Shown one piece after another: positions 1 to 8,140 of a stretch of DNA of 64,000 nucleotides. Made by a program: the position numbers and the translations under genes. Source of the DNA: Leptolyngbya sp. DLM2.Bin27. GTDB taxonomy: Bacteria > Cyanobacteriota > Cyanobacteriia > Phormidesmidales > Phormidesmidaceae. The stretch is from the NCBI GenBank assembly GCA_007694115.1, contig RECJ01000242.1:18089-82088 (forward strand), written 5' to 3'. The notes beneath the pieces are model-generated. The model was not told where the DNA came from. It ran no database searches and worked only from the letters and a program-made list of their open reading frames with translations. Numbering within the stretch: position 1 is the stretch's first letter; each line of letters starts with the position of its first letter.

Positions 1-182
1 GGGTGGAGCGTGAGGTCGACCTGGGGCCAGTAGTCGAGACCGGCCCGCTTGAGGGCGCGATCGCTGAGGTCAAACCCCAGGGGGGCAACGAGGTGGAGCG
101 GGGTGGCTGTGGCGGCGCAGGTGCGGGCTATATTCCCCGTATTGGGCGGAATTTGAGGATTGACGAGAACGATCGCAGGCAT
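1..182 (-). CDS. trmL: tRNA (cytidine/uridine-34-2'-O)-methyltransferase, 5' part (runs off window)
   Basis: Manual translation of minus strand from ATG at 182: [25 protein letters not shown]...LKRAGLDYW, the SPOUT/TrmL signature. Confidence 0.92.
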   Translation of the reverse strand, partial: MPAIVLVNPQIPPNTGNIARTCAATATPLHLVAPLGFDLSDRALKRAGLDYWPQVDLTLH

Positions 183-399
183 GGATATCTAGCTAGGACA
201 GCAGTCTAAGGTGGGTAGCGGAAGAATTTGGCCGGGATGAGGGCAAAAATGTCTAGGGATATAGATTTTATTAATATGTCCTTCGGTAGTTTTACGCTGG
301 GCAAAAAAATGGTCAAATCCGCAGGATTCTGGCTGGGCCTAAATGCTTTACTTATTCCGGCGATAAGCAAATGCTTACTCTAGGGTGCCTGGGGTGGCC

Positions 400-1551
400 T
401 TAGGCCGCACAGGGTTCGCAAAGTTCCCGCGCTAGGAGAGCTTCGCTGCTGGCGACCTCAGCAATCGCCCCCTGCACCACCTGCGGTATCGACTGTCCAG
501 CCTCGTGCTGACGCAGCCAGCGTTGGGCTTCGTTGCCCTCGCGCAAAATTTTCTTCACCGGGCTGAGGAAGCAGCCAATGCCGTTGGCCTTGGCAATTGG
601 CCAAACCTCTTCGTAGAGCTGTTGAATCCAGTCTTGGGCCACAATGGGCCGCCCGTCTTGCCAGTGGCGCAGCTCGGCGTCGAGGCTGTGCTTGGCGGCG
701 GCAGCTTCGTTGGCGTCGGTGAGGGCGACGAGGTCGGCGTTGCGGCTGTCAGTCGGGAAGGTGCTCATCACCAGCGGGTCAAGGCCAGGGTTTTGCATCA
801 GCTGGATCAGGCGCGCTTCGATCAGGGCGGTGACGGCCAGCAGCGCTACGGGGTCGCTGATCAAATCGCAGATGCGTAGCTCTAGACGGTTGAGATTATA
901 GGGGCGGCGGTCGCCGTTGGGCCGCACCGACGACCACAGATGGCGCACGTTCTGCATGGTGCCCGCCGCCAGCTGTTCTTCCATCCACTGAATGTGGTGA
1001 ATATGGCTGGTAAACAGGGGCACCTGGGCCGGGGTTTTGGGAAACACCTGCCAGCGGCTGGAGTGGGAACCGGTGACCTGGCCCCCCAAGAAGGGGGAGG
1101 ATGCCGTCAGGGCCAGGTACAGGGGCGCTTCGACCCGCACTAGGCGGCAGGCCCGCATGAGCAGTTCTGGGTCAGCGATGCCAATATTGATATGGACGCT
1201 GGCGGTGACCACGGTGGTGCCGTAGGTCTGCTCAATGTAGCTGTGGTAGGGGTTACCGGGGTCAGAGCGATAAAAGCGATCCACTGGCCCCAATGCCAGG
1301 GTGCTGCCGGGTATGAGGGTGTAGTTGCCCAGCCCCCGAAGATATTGACGCAGCTCATGGCGGGGGCGCACCAGCTCGCATAGCAGTTTTTCGTATTGGC
1401 ACAGGGGCGGTGTGGTGTACTCCACATTGCGGCTGTCGGGTTCGCGCACAAAGCCGTTGAGGTTGGCCACGATGCGATCGGAGAGGCCAACAATTTCACC
1501 CGCTGGGGTGCCCGTGTACATCTCAATTTCAAAACCTTTAGACAGCAGCAC
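400..1551 (-). CDS. gshA: glutamate--cysteine ligase, cyanobacterial type
   Basis: LLSKGFEIEMYTG, EPDSRNVEYTT, HLWSSVRPNG, RLELRICD motifs; probable GTG start at 1551 with AGGA upstream. Confidence 0.9.
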   Translation of the reverse strand: MLLSKGFEIEMYTGTPAGEIVGLSDRIVANLNGFVREPDSRNVEYTTPPLCQYEKLLCELVRPRHELRQYLRGLGNYTLIPGSTLALGPVDRFYRSDPGNPYHSYIEQTYGTTVVTASVHINIGIADPELLMRACRLVRVEAPLYLALTASSPFLGGQVTGSHSSRWQVFPKTPAQVPLFTSHIHHIQWMEEQLAAGTMQNVRHLWSSVRPNGDRRPYNLNRLELRICDLISDPVALLAVTALIEARLIQLMQNPGLDPLVMSTFPTDSRNADLVALTDANEAAAAKHSLDAELRHWQDGRPIVAQDWIQQLYEEVWPIAKANGIGCFLSPVKKILREGNEAQRWLRQHEAGQSIPQVVQGAIAEVASSEALLARELCEPCAA

Positions 1552-1676
1552 GGCATTCCTCGCTGGAGACAGCACTCTATATATGTTGGATATAGCTGGT
1601 CGTTAATCTCTGTACTCATCCTATCGGCAACCCTGCTCTTCGACCGGGCCGAGGCGTGGGCCGCAAGCTAGGGGGC

Positions 1677-2168
1677 CTAGGGCAGCGCCACCGCCAGCTC
1701 AATAGATCGCTGGGCGGCGAAGGCGCGAGCAATGGTGTCGCAGCGTTCGTTGCCGGGGTCACCGGAGTGACCGCGCACATAGACCCACTGCAAGGGCCGA
1801 TCTAGGCTGTGGTTGACCTCGGTGGCCAACCCGTCCATCACCTCCCACAGATCGCGGTTGAGGACGGGCTTTTTGGCGGAGTTTACCCAGCCCCGGCGCT
1901 TCCACCCGGCAATCCACTGGGTGATGCCCTTGAGTACGTATTCGCTGTCGGTGTGGAGGGTAACCGGAGCGGTTTGGCCACTGTCGCGCAGCAGGGTCAG
2001 ACCGGCGATGGCCGCCTGCATTTCCATGCGGTTATTGGTGGTTTGGGTTTCGCCACCGCCAACTTCATGCACACCGCCATCGGCCATGTAGAGCACGGTG
2101 CCCCAGCCGCCGGGGCCGGGGTTGCCAGAGCAGGCCCCGTCGGTATAGATATGCTGAATGATTGCCAT
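1677..2168 (-). CDS. rnhA: ribonuclease HI
   Basis: YTDGACSGNPGPGGWG, TTNNRMEM, TDSEY, GHSGDPGNERCD. Confidence 0.96.
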   Translation of the reverse strand: MAIIQHIYTDGACSGNPGPGGWGTVLYMADGGVHEVGGGETQTTNNRMEMQAAIAGLTLLRDSGQTAPVTLHTDSEYVLKGITQWIAGWKRRGWVNSAKKPVLNRDLWEVMDGLATEVNHSLDRPLQWVYVRGHSGDPGNERCDTIARAFAAQRSIELAVALP

Positions 2169-2365
2169 TGATGCTCAAAATCCTCAAAGTTTGCGGGCTA
2201 GCCATAGGGTTGGTAGGCCCAGGGGGCATTCTAGCGGTAAGCAAAGATATTTACCCCACCAGTAGCCACGGCAATAGGCAGATTACCCATGCCCTAGGCC
2301 TAGAGTAAAGTATTGCCGCTCTCACCTGGACGCCCGGCGGGGATGGGGCAAGGTATCTTAGTACT

Positions 2366-4405
2366 ATGGCCTACGAACCCCTACACCACAAGTATCGCCC
2401 CCAGACCTTTGGGGCTCTGGTGGGGCAAGTTGCGATCGCAACCACCCTCACCAATGCGCTCAACCAGCAGCGCATTGCCCCCGCCTACCTGTTCTGTGGC
2501 CCTAGGGGTACGGGCAAAACCTCCAGCGCCCGCATTTTGGCCAAATCGCTCAACTGCATTAGCCAAGACCGCCCCACCCCAGAGCCCTGCGGCACCTGCG
2601 AGACCTGTCGCTCGATCACCAACGGTTCGGCCCTCGACTTTATCGAGATCGACGCCGCCAGCAACACTGGCGTCGACAACATCCGCGAAATGATCGAGCG
2701 GGCGCAAATTACCCCAGCGCAGTGCCGCTACAAGGTCTACGTCATCGACGAGTGTCACATGCTCAGTACGGCAGCCTTTAACGCTCTGCTCAAAACATTA
2801 GAAGAGCCGCCTAGCCACGTCGTCTTTATTTTGGCCACGACCGACCCGCAGCGTGTGCTGCCGACAATTATTTCGCGGTGTCAGCGGTTTGACTATCGCC
2901 GCATTCCCCTAGAGCCAATGATTGGCCACCTGCGAAAAATTGCCGATCTAGAAGAAATTGCCATTGACGACGACGCCCTGCGCCTGGTGGCTCAGGTGTC
3001 TCAAGGGGGGCTACGTGATGCCCAAAGTCTGCTCGACCAGCTCAGTCTGCTAGAACCACCAGTCAATGCTGACGCCGTATGGGATCTAGTAGGAGCAGTG
3101 CCCGAGCGAGATTTGCTGGCTCTCGTGCAGGCTATTCTTAGCGATGACGGTACCGTCGTGCTTGACAGCGCCCGCAAACTCATGGATCGAGGTCGAGAGC
3201 CGCTGATAGTGCTGCAAAACCTGGCTGGGTTCTACCGGGATCTGCTGATTGCTAAGACGGCGAGCAATCGTCAGGATCTGGTAGCGATTACGCCCTCCAC
3301 CTGGACCGACATGCAAACTCTGGTACAATCGCTGGATCCAAAATTTTTGTTAATTGGTCAGCAGCACCTGCGCAGCGCTGAGGTGCAGGTCAAAAACACC
3401 ACCCAGCCTCGGCTGTGGCTGGAGGTCACGCTGCTGGGGTTGCTGCCCTCTGCGACTGAGTCACAGTTATCAACTACGACCAATAGGGATCTTGGAAAAG
3501 AGCAGCAAAAGACTGAATCTCCCTTGGCTTTAACTACACACGTTCATGGACAAAACAACGACTCATCTCAAGAACTTAGGACGGGAGTTGAAGAGATAAG
3601 TAACCAAATAAGCTCTCAAGGAAATCGAGTCAAAGATAAATTAGAGGATAGCCCAAAAACCACTCAGGCACCTAAAAAAAACTCGATTAACTTGTCGGAA
3701 ATCAATGTTTCAAGCCATTCTAGAAGCATTGACTTTCAAACTTTGTGGGTAAAAGTCTTAGATGCTATTCAATTTTATGGTGCTAAGACCCTTTTCTCCC
3801 AATATGGGTGCCTCCTGAGCTTTGATGGAGAAATTGCTCGTGTAGGAATTCTTTCGCAATGGTATCCAACAACGAAAGAACAAAGGCTTAAGTTTATTGA
3901 GGAGGCTTTCAACAAGGTCTGCGGCAAAAGTATTAAGATTAATTTAGAAGCTATTTCAGAGCAACAGAAGCAGCTTACCTCTCAGCAAAATCTGCTTAAT
4001 AACGATGCAGAAAAAGCTTCTATCAGTCAAACAGGTCAGATTTCACCTCTAAGAACACAGACTCTTGACGGTGTGAGTGGTAGTGCTGTTGCCCCTAAAA
4101 CCTTAGACAGTCTTAAAAAAGAAGACTCGGCAAGTGCTGAAGGTAGGGAAAAGGAACTTGAATCTGTAATAGAGTCAAAGCCTCAGGGGCCAGAAGCTAC
4201 TGCTGATGCTCACTCTACTCTGTCTTCAGACTCCTTGCCTGCGATCGCGACCGACTTTGACCGAGCGGTGAAAAATTTTGCTCAGTTTTTTAATGGCCAG
4301 GTGGTGAATATCGACGATAGCCTCGACCTGGATAGATCTCCCCTCAAGCCCTCAGAGGCGGCGGCCCAGCAGCCCTCCCATGGCGATAGAGACATACCCT
4401 TTTAG
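2366..4405 (+). CDS. dnaX: DNA polymerase III subunit gamma/tau
   Basis: KYRPQTF, Walker A GPRGTGKTS, Zn-finger Cys, IDECHML, SRC motif. Confidence 0.97.
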   Translation: MAYEPLHHKYRPQTFGALVGQVAIATTLTNALNQQRIAPAYLFCGPRGTGKTSSARILAKSLNCISQDRPTPEPCGTCETCRSITNGSALDFIEIDAASNTGVDNIREMIERAQITPAQCRYKVYVIDECHMLSTAAFNALLKTLEEPPSHVVFILATTDPQRVLPTIISRCQRFDYRRIPLEPMIGHLRKIADLEEIAIDDDALRLVAQVSQGGLRDAQSLLDQLSLLEPPVNADAVWDLVGAVPERDLLALVQAILSDDGTVVLDSARKLMDRGREPLIVLQNLAGFYRDLLIAKTASNRQDLVAITPSTWTDMQTLVQSLDPKFLLIGQQHLRSAEVQVKNTTQPRLWLEVTLLGLLPSATESQLSTTTNRDLGKEQQKTESPLALTTHVHGQNNDSSQELRTGVEEISNQISSQGNRVKDKLEDSPKTTQAPKKNSINLSEINVSSHSRSIDFQTLWVKVLDAIQFYGAKTLFSQYGCLLSFDGEIARVGILSQWYPTTKEQRLKFIEEAFNKVCGKSIKINLEAISEQQKQLTSQQNLLNNDAEKASISQTGQISPLRTQTLDGVSGSAVAPKTLDSLKKEDSASAEGREKELESVIESKPQGPEATADAHSTLSSDSLPAIATDFDRAVKNFAQFFNGQVVNIDDSLDLDRSPLKPSEAAAQQPSHGDRDIPF

Positions 4406-4520
4406 GGTCAACAATGCCGGAGTCCATGGGACCGCCTGAATTTATCGCACAGCGATCGTACAGAATCGACATCCCTGCGCGACTTGCACTGGCCAGGACG
4501 GATCATGACGTGGGTAACGA

Positions 4521-4874
4521 TTAACCAAAGGTGCCGCCATTCCAGCCCCACATAGCGCCGGGGGCATCGGCAAACTCAATGTAGGTACGGTTTTTGGGAA
4601 CCCCTAGGGCCGTTTCTAACTGGGTGCAAAACGCTTGACTCATGGCGCGGGTTTTGGCACCGCCCATGGTGCCGACGCTCTTGATTTCGACGTAGCACAC
4701 GGGGTCAGTGGTGCCGCCAAAGGTCATCGGCACGTCAGCCTCAAAAGCCGTCATCACGTAGGATTCGGGCTTGCCTAAATGAGCCGCCAAACTGGCCGAG
4801 AGTTCCTTCAGCAGCCCTTCAACCTGGGCTTGATCGGGAGAGGGGATAGAGGTCTGAACTTTGATCAGGGGCAT
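4521..4874 (-). CDS. MIF/phenylpyruvate tautomerase family protein
   Basis: N-terminal Pro (MPLIKVQT), GKPESYVM, C-terminal WGWNGGTF. Confidence 0.9.
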   Translation of the reverse strand: MPLIKVQTSIPSPDQAQVEGLLKELSASLAAHLGKPESYVMTAFEADVPMTFGGTTDPVCYVEIKSVGTMGGAKTRAMSQAFCTQLETALGVPKNRTYIEFADAPGAMWGWNGGTFG

Positions 4875-4940
4875 AGCGTTGAAGAAGAATGCAGCAATCG
4901 TGACGCATCACTTACATGCAGAGGAACGGTCTTCTGGATG

Positions 4941-5046
4941 AGGAAATTTCTAGCAGAGAAAATACCTCACCTACGGGTTGTTCTAACGTAGGGGCAAACG
5001 GTTGTTTGCCCAAGGCAAGGGAGTTCTTGGCGCGCAATAACCTCAG
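4941..5046 (+). mobile_element. 106-bp MITE-like element with internal GTAG-REP hairpin, copy 1
   Basis: Gap-free manual alignment to the reverse complement of 22135-22240 (about 83/106 identical); imperfect terminal inverted repeats. Confidence 0.6.
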
Positions 5047-5072
5047 GTCTACAGTTGATGCGGGCAGCCATC

Positions 5073-5555
5073 CTAGCCGCCGTAGTTCCAGCCGGTGCTC
5101 TCCAGCAGCAGGGGTTCGCCTTCGCGGTGGATAGCCGCACCGACGACTTCGCCCACAAAGACCGTGTGATCGCCGTGTTCTACGGCACCCACCACCCGAC
5201 ACTCGACATAGCCCAGGGTGTCTTTGATCACGGGGCAGCCAGTTTCGGGGCCAGGGTAAAACTCGATGTCTTCAAACTTGTTGCCCACCCGCCGCAGGGG
5301 CTTAAAGAAATTTTGGGCCAGTTCTTTTTGCCCTGCCTCTAAAAAGCTGAGGGCAAACACCCCGCTGGCTTTGACCATAGCGTGGGACGTAGAGTCATTT
5401 TTGACACAGTTCACCACCAAAGGCGGCTGAAACGATGCCTGCATCACCCAGCTAGCGGTGAAGCCGTTGACATCGTCCCCATCCTTAACGCCGCAAATGT
5501 AGAGACCGTGGGGAATTTTGCGCAAAAGCGTCTTTTTAGCCTGCTCGTCTAGCAC
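5073..5555 (-). CDS. flavin reductase family protein
   Basis: LRKIPHGLY, NGFTASWVMQASFQPP, GDHTVFVGEV; probable GTG start at 5555. Confidence 0.9.
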   Translation of the reverse strand: MLDEQAKKTLLRKIPHGLYICGVKDGDDVNGFTASWVMQASFQPPLVVNCVKNDSTSHAMVKASGVFALSFLEAGQKELAQNFFKPLRRVGNKFEDIEFYPGPETGCPVIKDTLGYVECRVVGAVEHGDHTVFVGEVVGAAIHREGEPLLLESTGWNYGG

Positions 5556-5658
5556 ACCATACCTATAGAATGCGTCGCTAGGGCCAGTGTAATACAGCGG
5601 TCGCCCCCTAACTCTACCTATATAGGTACAAAAGCAGTGGATAGGTAGCAGTGGGCAC

Positions 5659-5684
5659 AAAAAAGGGCGCACCGCAGTGCGCCC
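5659..5684 (-). terminator. intrinsic terminator of the peroxiredoxin gene
   Basis: GGGCGCAC-TGCG-GTGCGCCC-TTTTTT on minus strand just after the stop codon. Confidence 0.75.
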
Positions 5685-5712
5685 CCATCAAGCTAGTCTT
5701 ATATGCCCCGCC

Positions 5713-6348
5713 CTACTTGTTGGGCTGGGGGGTCATACGCAGGTAGGGTTTGATCTCGGTCACGCCCTTGGGGAAGCGCTGCTTGGCTTCTTCGGTGGGA
5801 ATGGTGGGGGCAACCACCACGTCGCCGCCGTCTTGCCAATCTACCGGGGTAGCCACGCTGTAGTTGTCGGTCAGCTGCAGCGAGTCGAGCACCCGCAAAA
5901 TCTCGGCAAAGTTGCGCCCGGTGCTGGGCGGATAGGTAATGGTCAACCGCAGTTTTTTGCTGGGGTCGATGACAAACACGCTGCGCACGGTGACTTTGGC
6001 GTTGGCGTTGGGGTGAATCATGCCGTAGAGGTCAGAGACCTTCTTGTCGTCGTCGGCAATGATCGGATAGTTGACGGTCACGCCCTGGGTCTCATTGATG
6101 TCGCCAATCCAGCCCTGGTGGGAGTCAGCGCTGTCAACGCTGAGGGCAATTACCTTAGCATTGCGCTTGTCAAACTCGGGCTTGAGCCGGGCTACACTAC
6201 CCAACTCGGTGGTGCAGACGGGGGTGTAGTCGGCGGGGTGAGAAAACAGCACCACCCAGCTATCGCCTGCCCAGCTATAAAAATCGATTTCACCCTCGCT
6301 GGTTTGCTGGGTAAAGTTAGGTACCTGATCGCCAAGTTGAAGCGCCAT
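5713..6348 (-). CDS. 1-Cys peroxiredoxin (Prx6 family)
   Basis: FSHPADYTPVCTTE, YPPSTGRNF, ATPVDW. Confidence 0.95.
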   Translation of the reverse strand: MALQLGDQVPNFTQQTSEGEIDFYSWAGDSWVVLFSHPADYTPVCTTELGSVARLKPEFDKRNAKVIALSVDSADSHQGWIGDINETQGVTVNYPIIADDDKKVSDLYGMIHPNANAKVTVRSVFVIDPSKKLRLTITYPPSTGRNFAEILRVLDSLQLTDNYSVATPVDWQDGGDVVVAPTIPTEEAKQRFPKGVTEIKPYLRMTPQPNK

Positions 6349-6426
6349 ATCTAATCTCCGTTAGTCTCGTCGTAATCTCAACAGGGGTAAAAACGTTGCT
6401 CAACATCCTTACCTGCCATTCTCCCA

Positions 6427-6454
6427 TAAACCCCGGTATTCCGGTCGGGGTTTA
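6427..6454. promoter_or_regulatory. palindromic candidate operator upstream of peroxiredoxin
   Basis: TAAACCCCG-N10-CGGGGTTTA perfect 9-bp inverted repeat about 80 bp upstream of the ATG. Confidence 0.45.
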
Positions 6455-6580
6455 GAGGATTGTTCTAATGATTCTACCGTAGGAGCCCAGGACTGGGGCG
6501 TGAGTACAGGCTACCTCTAGGGGCGAACGGCCAGCTGCCCTAGGGAATCGTGGGTAGGCAAGAAAGATTTCGTATAAGCA

Positions 6581-6606
6581 AGGCACCTGGAGATCTCCAG
6601 GTGCCT
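6581..6606. terminator. hairpin/terminator downstream of DUF6464-like gene
   Basis: AGGCACCTGGAGATCTCCAGGTGCCT perfect palindrome. Confidence 0.55.
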
Positions 6607-6650
6607 GATCGCGTTATGGCTAGCTACCAATGGGGCGCTAATCAATCGGT

Positions 6651-6965
6651 CTAAATTTGTCGGTCAAAGACTTTGGGCGCATAGGCGCTGCAACCATCGC
6701 AGGGGCCCATGGGGTTCATGGCACAGCGTAGGTAGGGCGATCGCGCATTTAAGTTGCAGGTGATGTCGCCAATCATATAGCCCATGCCGTCGACGTAGTG
6801 CATGTCACTGTTGCCGTCAATCAGTTTAAGCATGTTCTGACCCAAGCCTGTGGGCAGCCCTGAGTCCTGATTGCATTTTTCGTTGCGGTCAGCCCGAACA
6901 CTGAGCCATGCAGACACGATGGCCGGGGTGAGACCAATGACAAACACCAAAAGGATGACGAGCAT
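6651..6965 (-). CDS. DUF6464-like membrane-anchored Cys-rich protein
   Basis: N-terminal TM; IGDITCNLNARSPYLRCAMNPMGPCDGC. Confidence 0.75.
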   Translation of the reverse strand: MLVILLVFVIGLTPAIVSAWLSVRADRNEKCNQDSGLPTGLGQNMLKLIDGNSDMHYVDGMGYMIGDITCNLNARSPYLRCAMNPMGPCDGCSAYAPKVFDRQI

Positions 6966-7543
6966 GAAGCTATAGATATAAAACTTGCAAGGACATCCTA
7001 CCGTGATGTCTCGGCGGGCTCGTCTACCGCCCTGCTGGATTGGTACGTACTGTAGTGTTACTTAGTCTTTCGCAACGTTCGCCACGGTCGGGGAGATGGC
7101 CTGCCCAGGCTGGTAATGCGATCGCCCAACTGGCGGAGGCTAGATCACTAGATCCAGACCTTGCCCAAGCTAGAGGGCAGGCTGCGATCGCAGTCAACCA
7201 TCGGCTCGCCGCCAAGGGCAGACGAAATCACCCATTGAAAGTTCCTGATCCAAATGCTAGTTTCAGATTTAATCTTCTAAATCTGACCAAAAACACCTTT
7301 AAACCTAGTTCTCGACCAAAAACCAGTGGTTTTCCATCACATGAACAAGAACCTGAATTTTTCAGAACTTTCATGTATTGGCGGATTTTGGCCGATGAAC
7401 GATTATTTAAACATCCTGTAGACTCGCGTGTGCTCCAAAGCTAAGACCGGGTAGGGCCACAGGACATTGTGGGGGTTCGCTCCTCCTCAGTGATAGCGCC
7501 CTACTCGGCTTTTTATTTTTTAAAATTCCCGTCAGGCCTAAGG

Positions 7544-7600
7544 GTTCACGGTGTACGGCATCCGGTTCAAAGGCTGCCGTGAACCGTACACCGTAAACCG
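7544..7600. repeat. 7-mer short tandem repeats (GGTTCAC/GGTGTAC and inverted ACCGTAC/ACCGTAA)
   Basis: Heptamer units in both orientations; related units at about 53310-53340. Confidence 0.55.
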
Positions 7601-7615
7601 ACTCACCTATTACCG

Positions 7616-8134
7616 TTAGCTGGGCAGGCTCTCAGCTTCCATAGCGTAAATTTGCAGCCACTCTTTGACCACGTAGGGAGCCGCCACCAGTCGAGCCTGG
7701 CCACCCCCTTGCAGCGGCACCAGCAACATCAACGGAATCGGCTGCTGCAGATCGGCTAACACCGCATCAATGCTGTACTGAGCTACGCTCTCAGGCAGCA
7801 TCTGGGTTTGCGGATCGAGTTGGTGAGCCGCCTGCCACTGGGTGGTCGTACCGGTTTCAATCGTGAGGTCTGCCGCCGAGTCGGTGGTCACCTGCCCCGG
7901 AAACCCCACCAACCGCAGATAGGTGCCCTGAAACACACCGCCGGTGTAGCGCTTAAACACCGTCGCCTGCCAGGCTAAATCTCTCTGGTCACGCAAACTC
8001 TGGCGAGAGCGATAGGTCGTCTGCCCCGGCTGCTCATGGTAGGTGTGCACCGAGGCCAGGGCCGGTTGTGCCAGAGCCAACAGCAGCAGGCAGCCCAGCA
8101 GCAGGGCCAGGGCTATGCGTCGCAAAATACTCAT
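7616..8134 (-). CDS. DUF3122-like exported protein
   Basis: Signal peptide ending ALA; YRSRQSLRD, LRLVGFPG. Confidence 0.75.
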   Translation of the reverse strand: MSILRRIALALLLGCLLLLALAQPALASVHTYHEQPGQTTYRSRQSLRDQRDLAWQATVFKRYTGGVFQGTYLRLVGFPGQVTTDSAADLTIETGTTTQWQAAHQLDPQTQMLPESVAQYSIDAVLADLQQPIPLMLLVPLQGGGQARLVAAPYVVKEWLQIYAMEAESLPS

Positions 8135-8140
8135 CCGCTC

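Noticed and set aside
2740-2770. Intein in dnaX (known in some cyanobacteria at the IDEC/HML site)
   Set aside because: IDECHML is contiguous; no insertion
5677-6354. 225-aa plus-strand ORF
   Set aside because: Antisense shadow of the well-supported peroxiredoxin; the same applies to most overlapping ORFs in the track, e.g. 43881-44759 and 26037-26759
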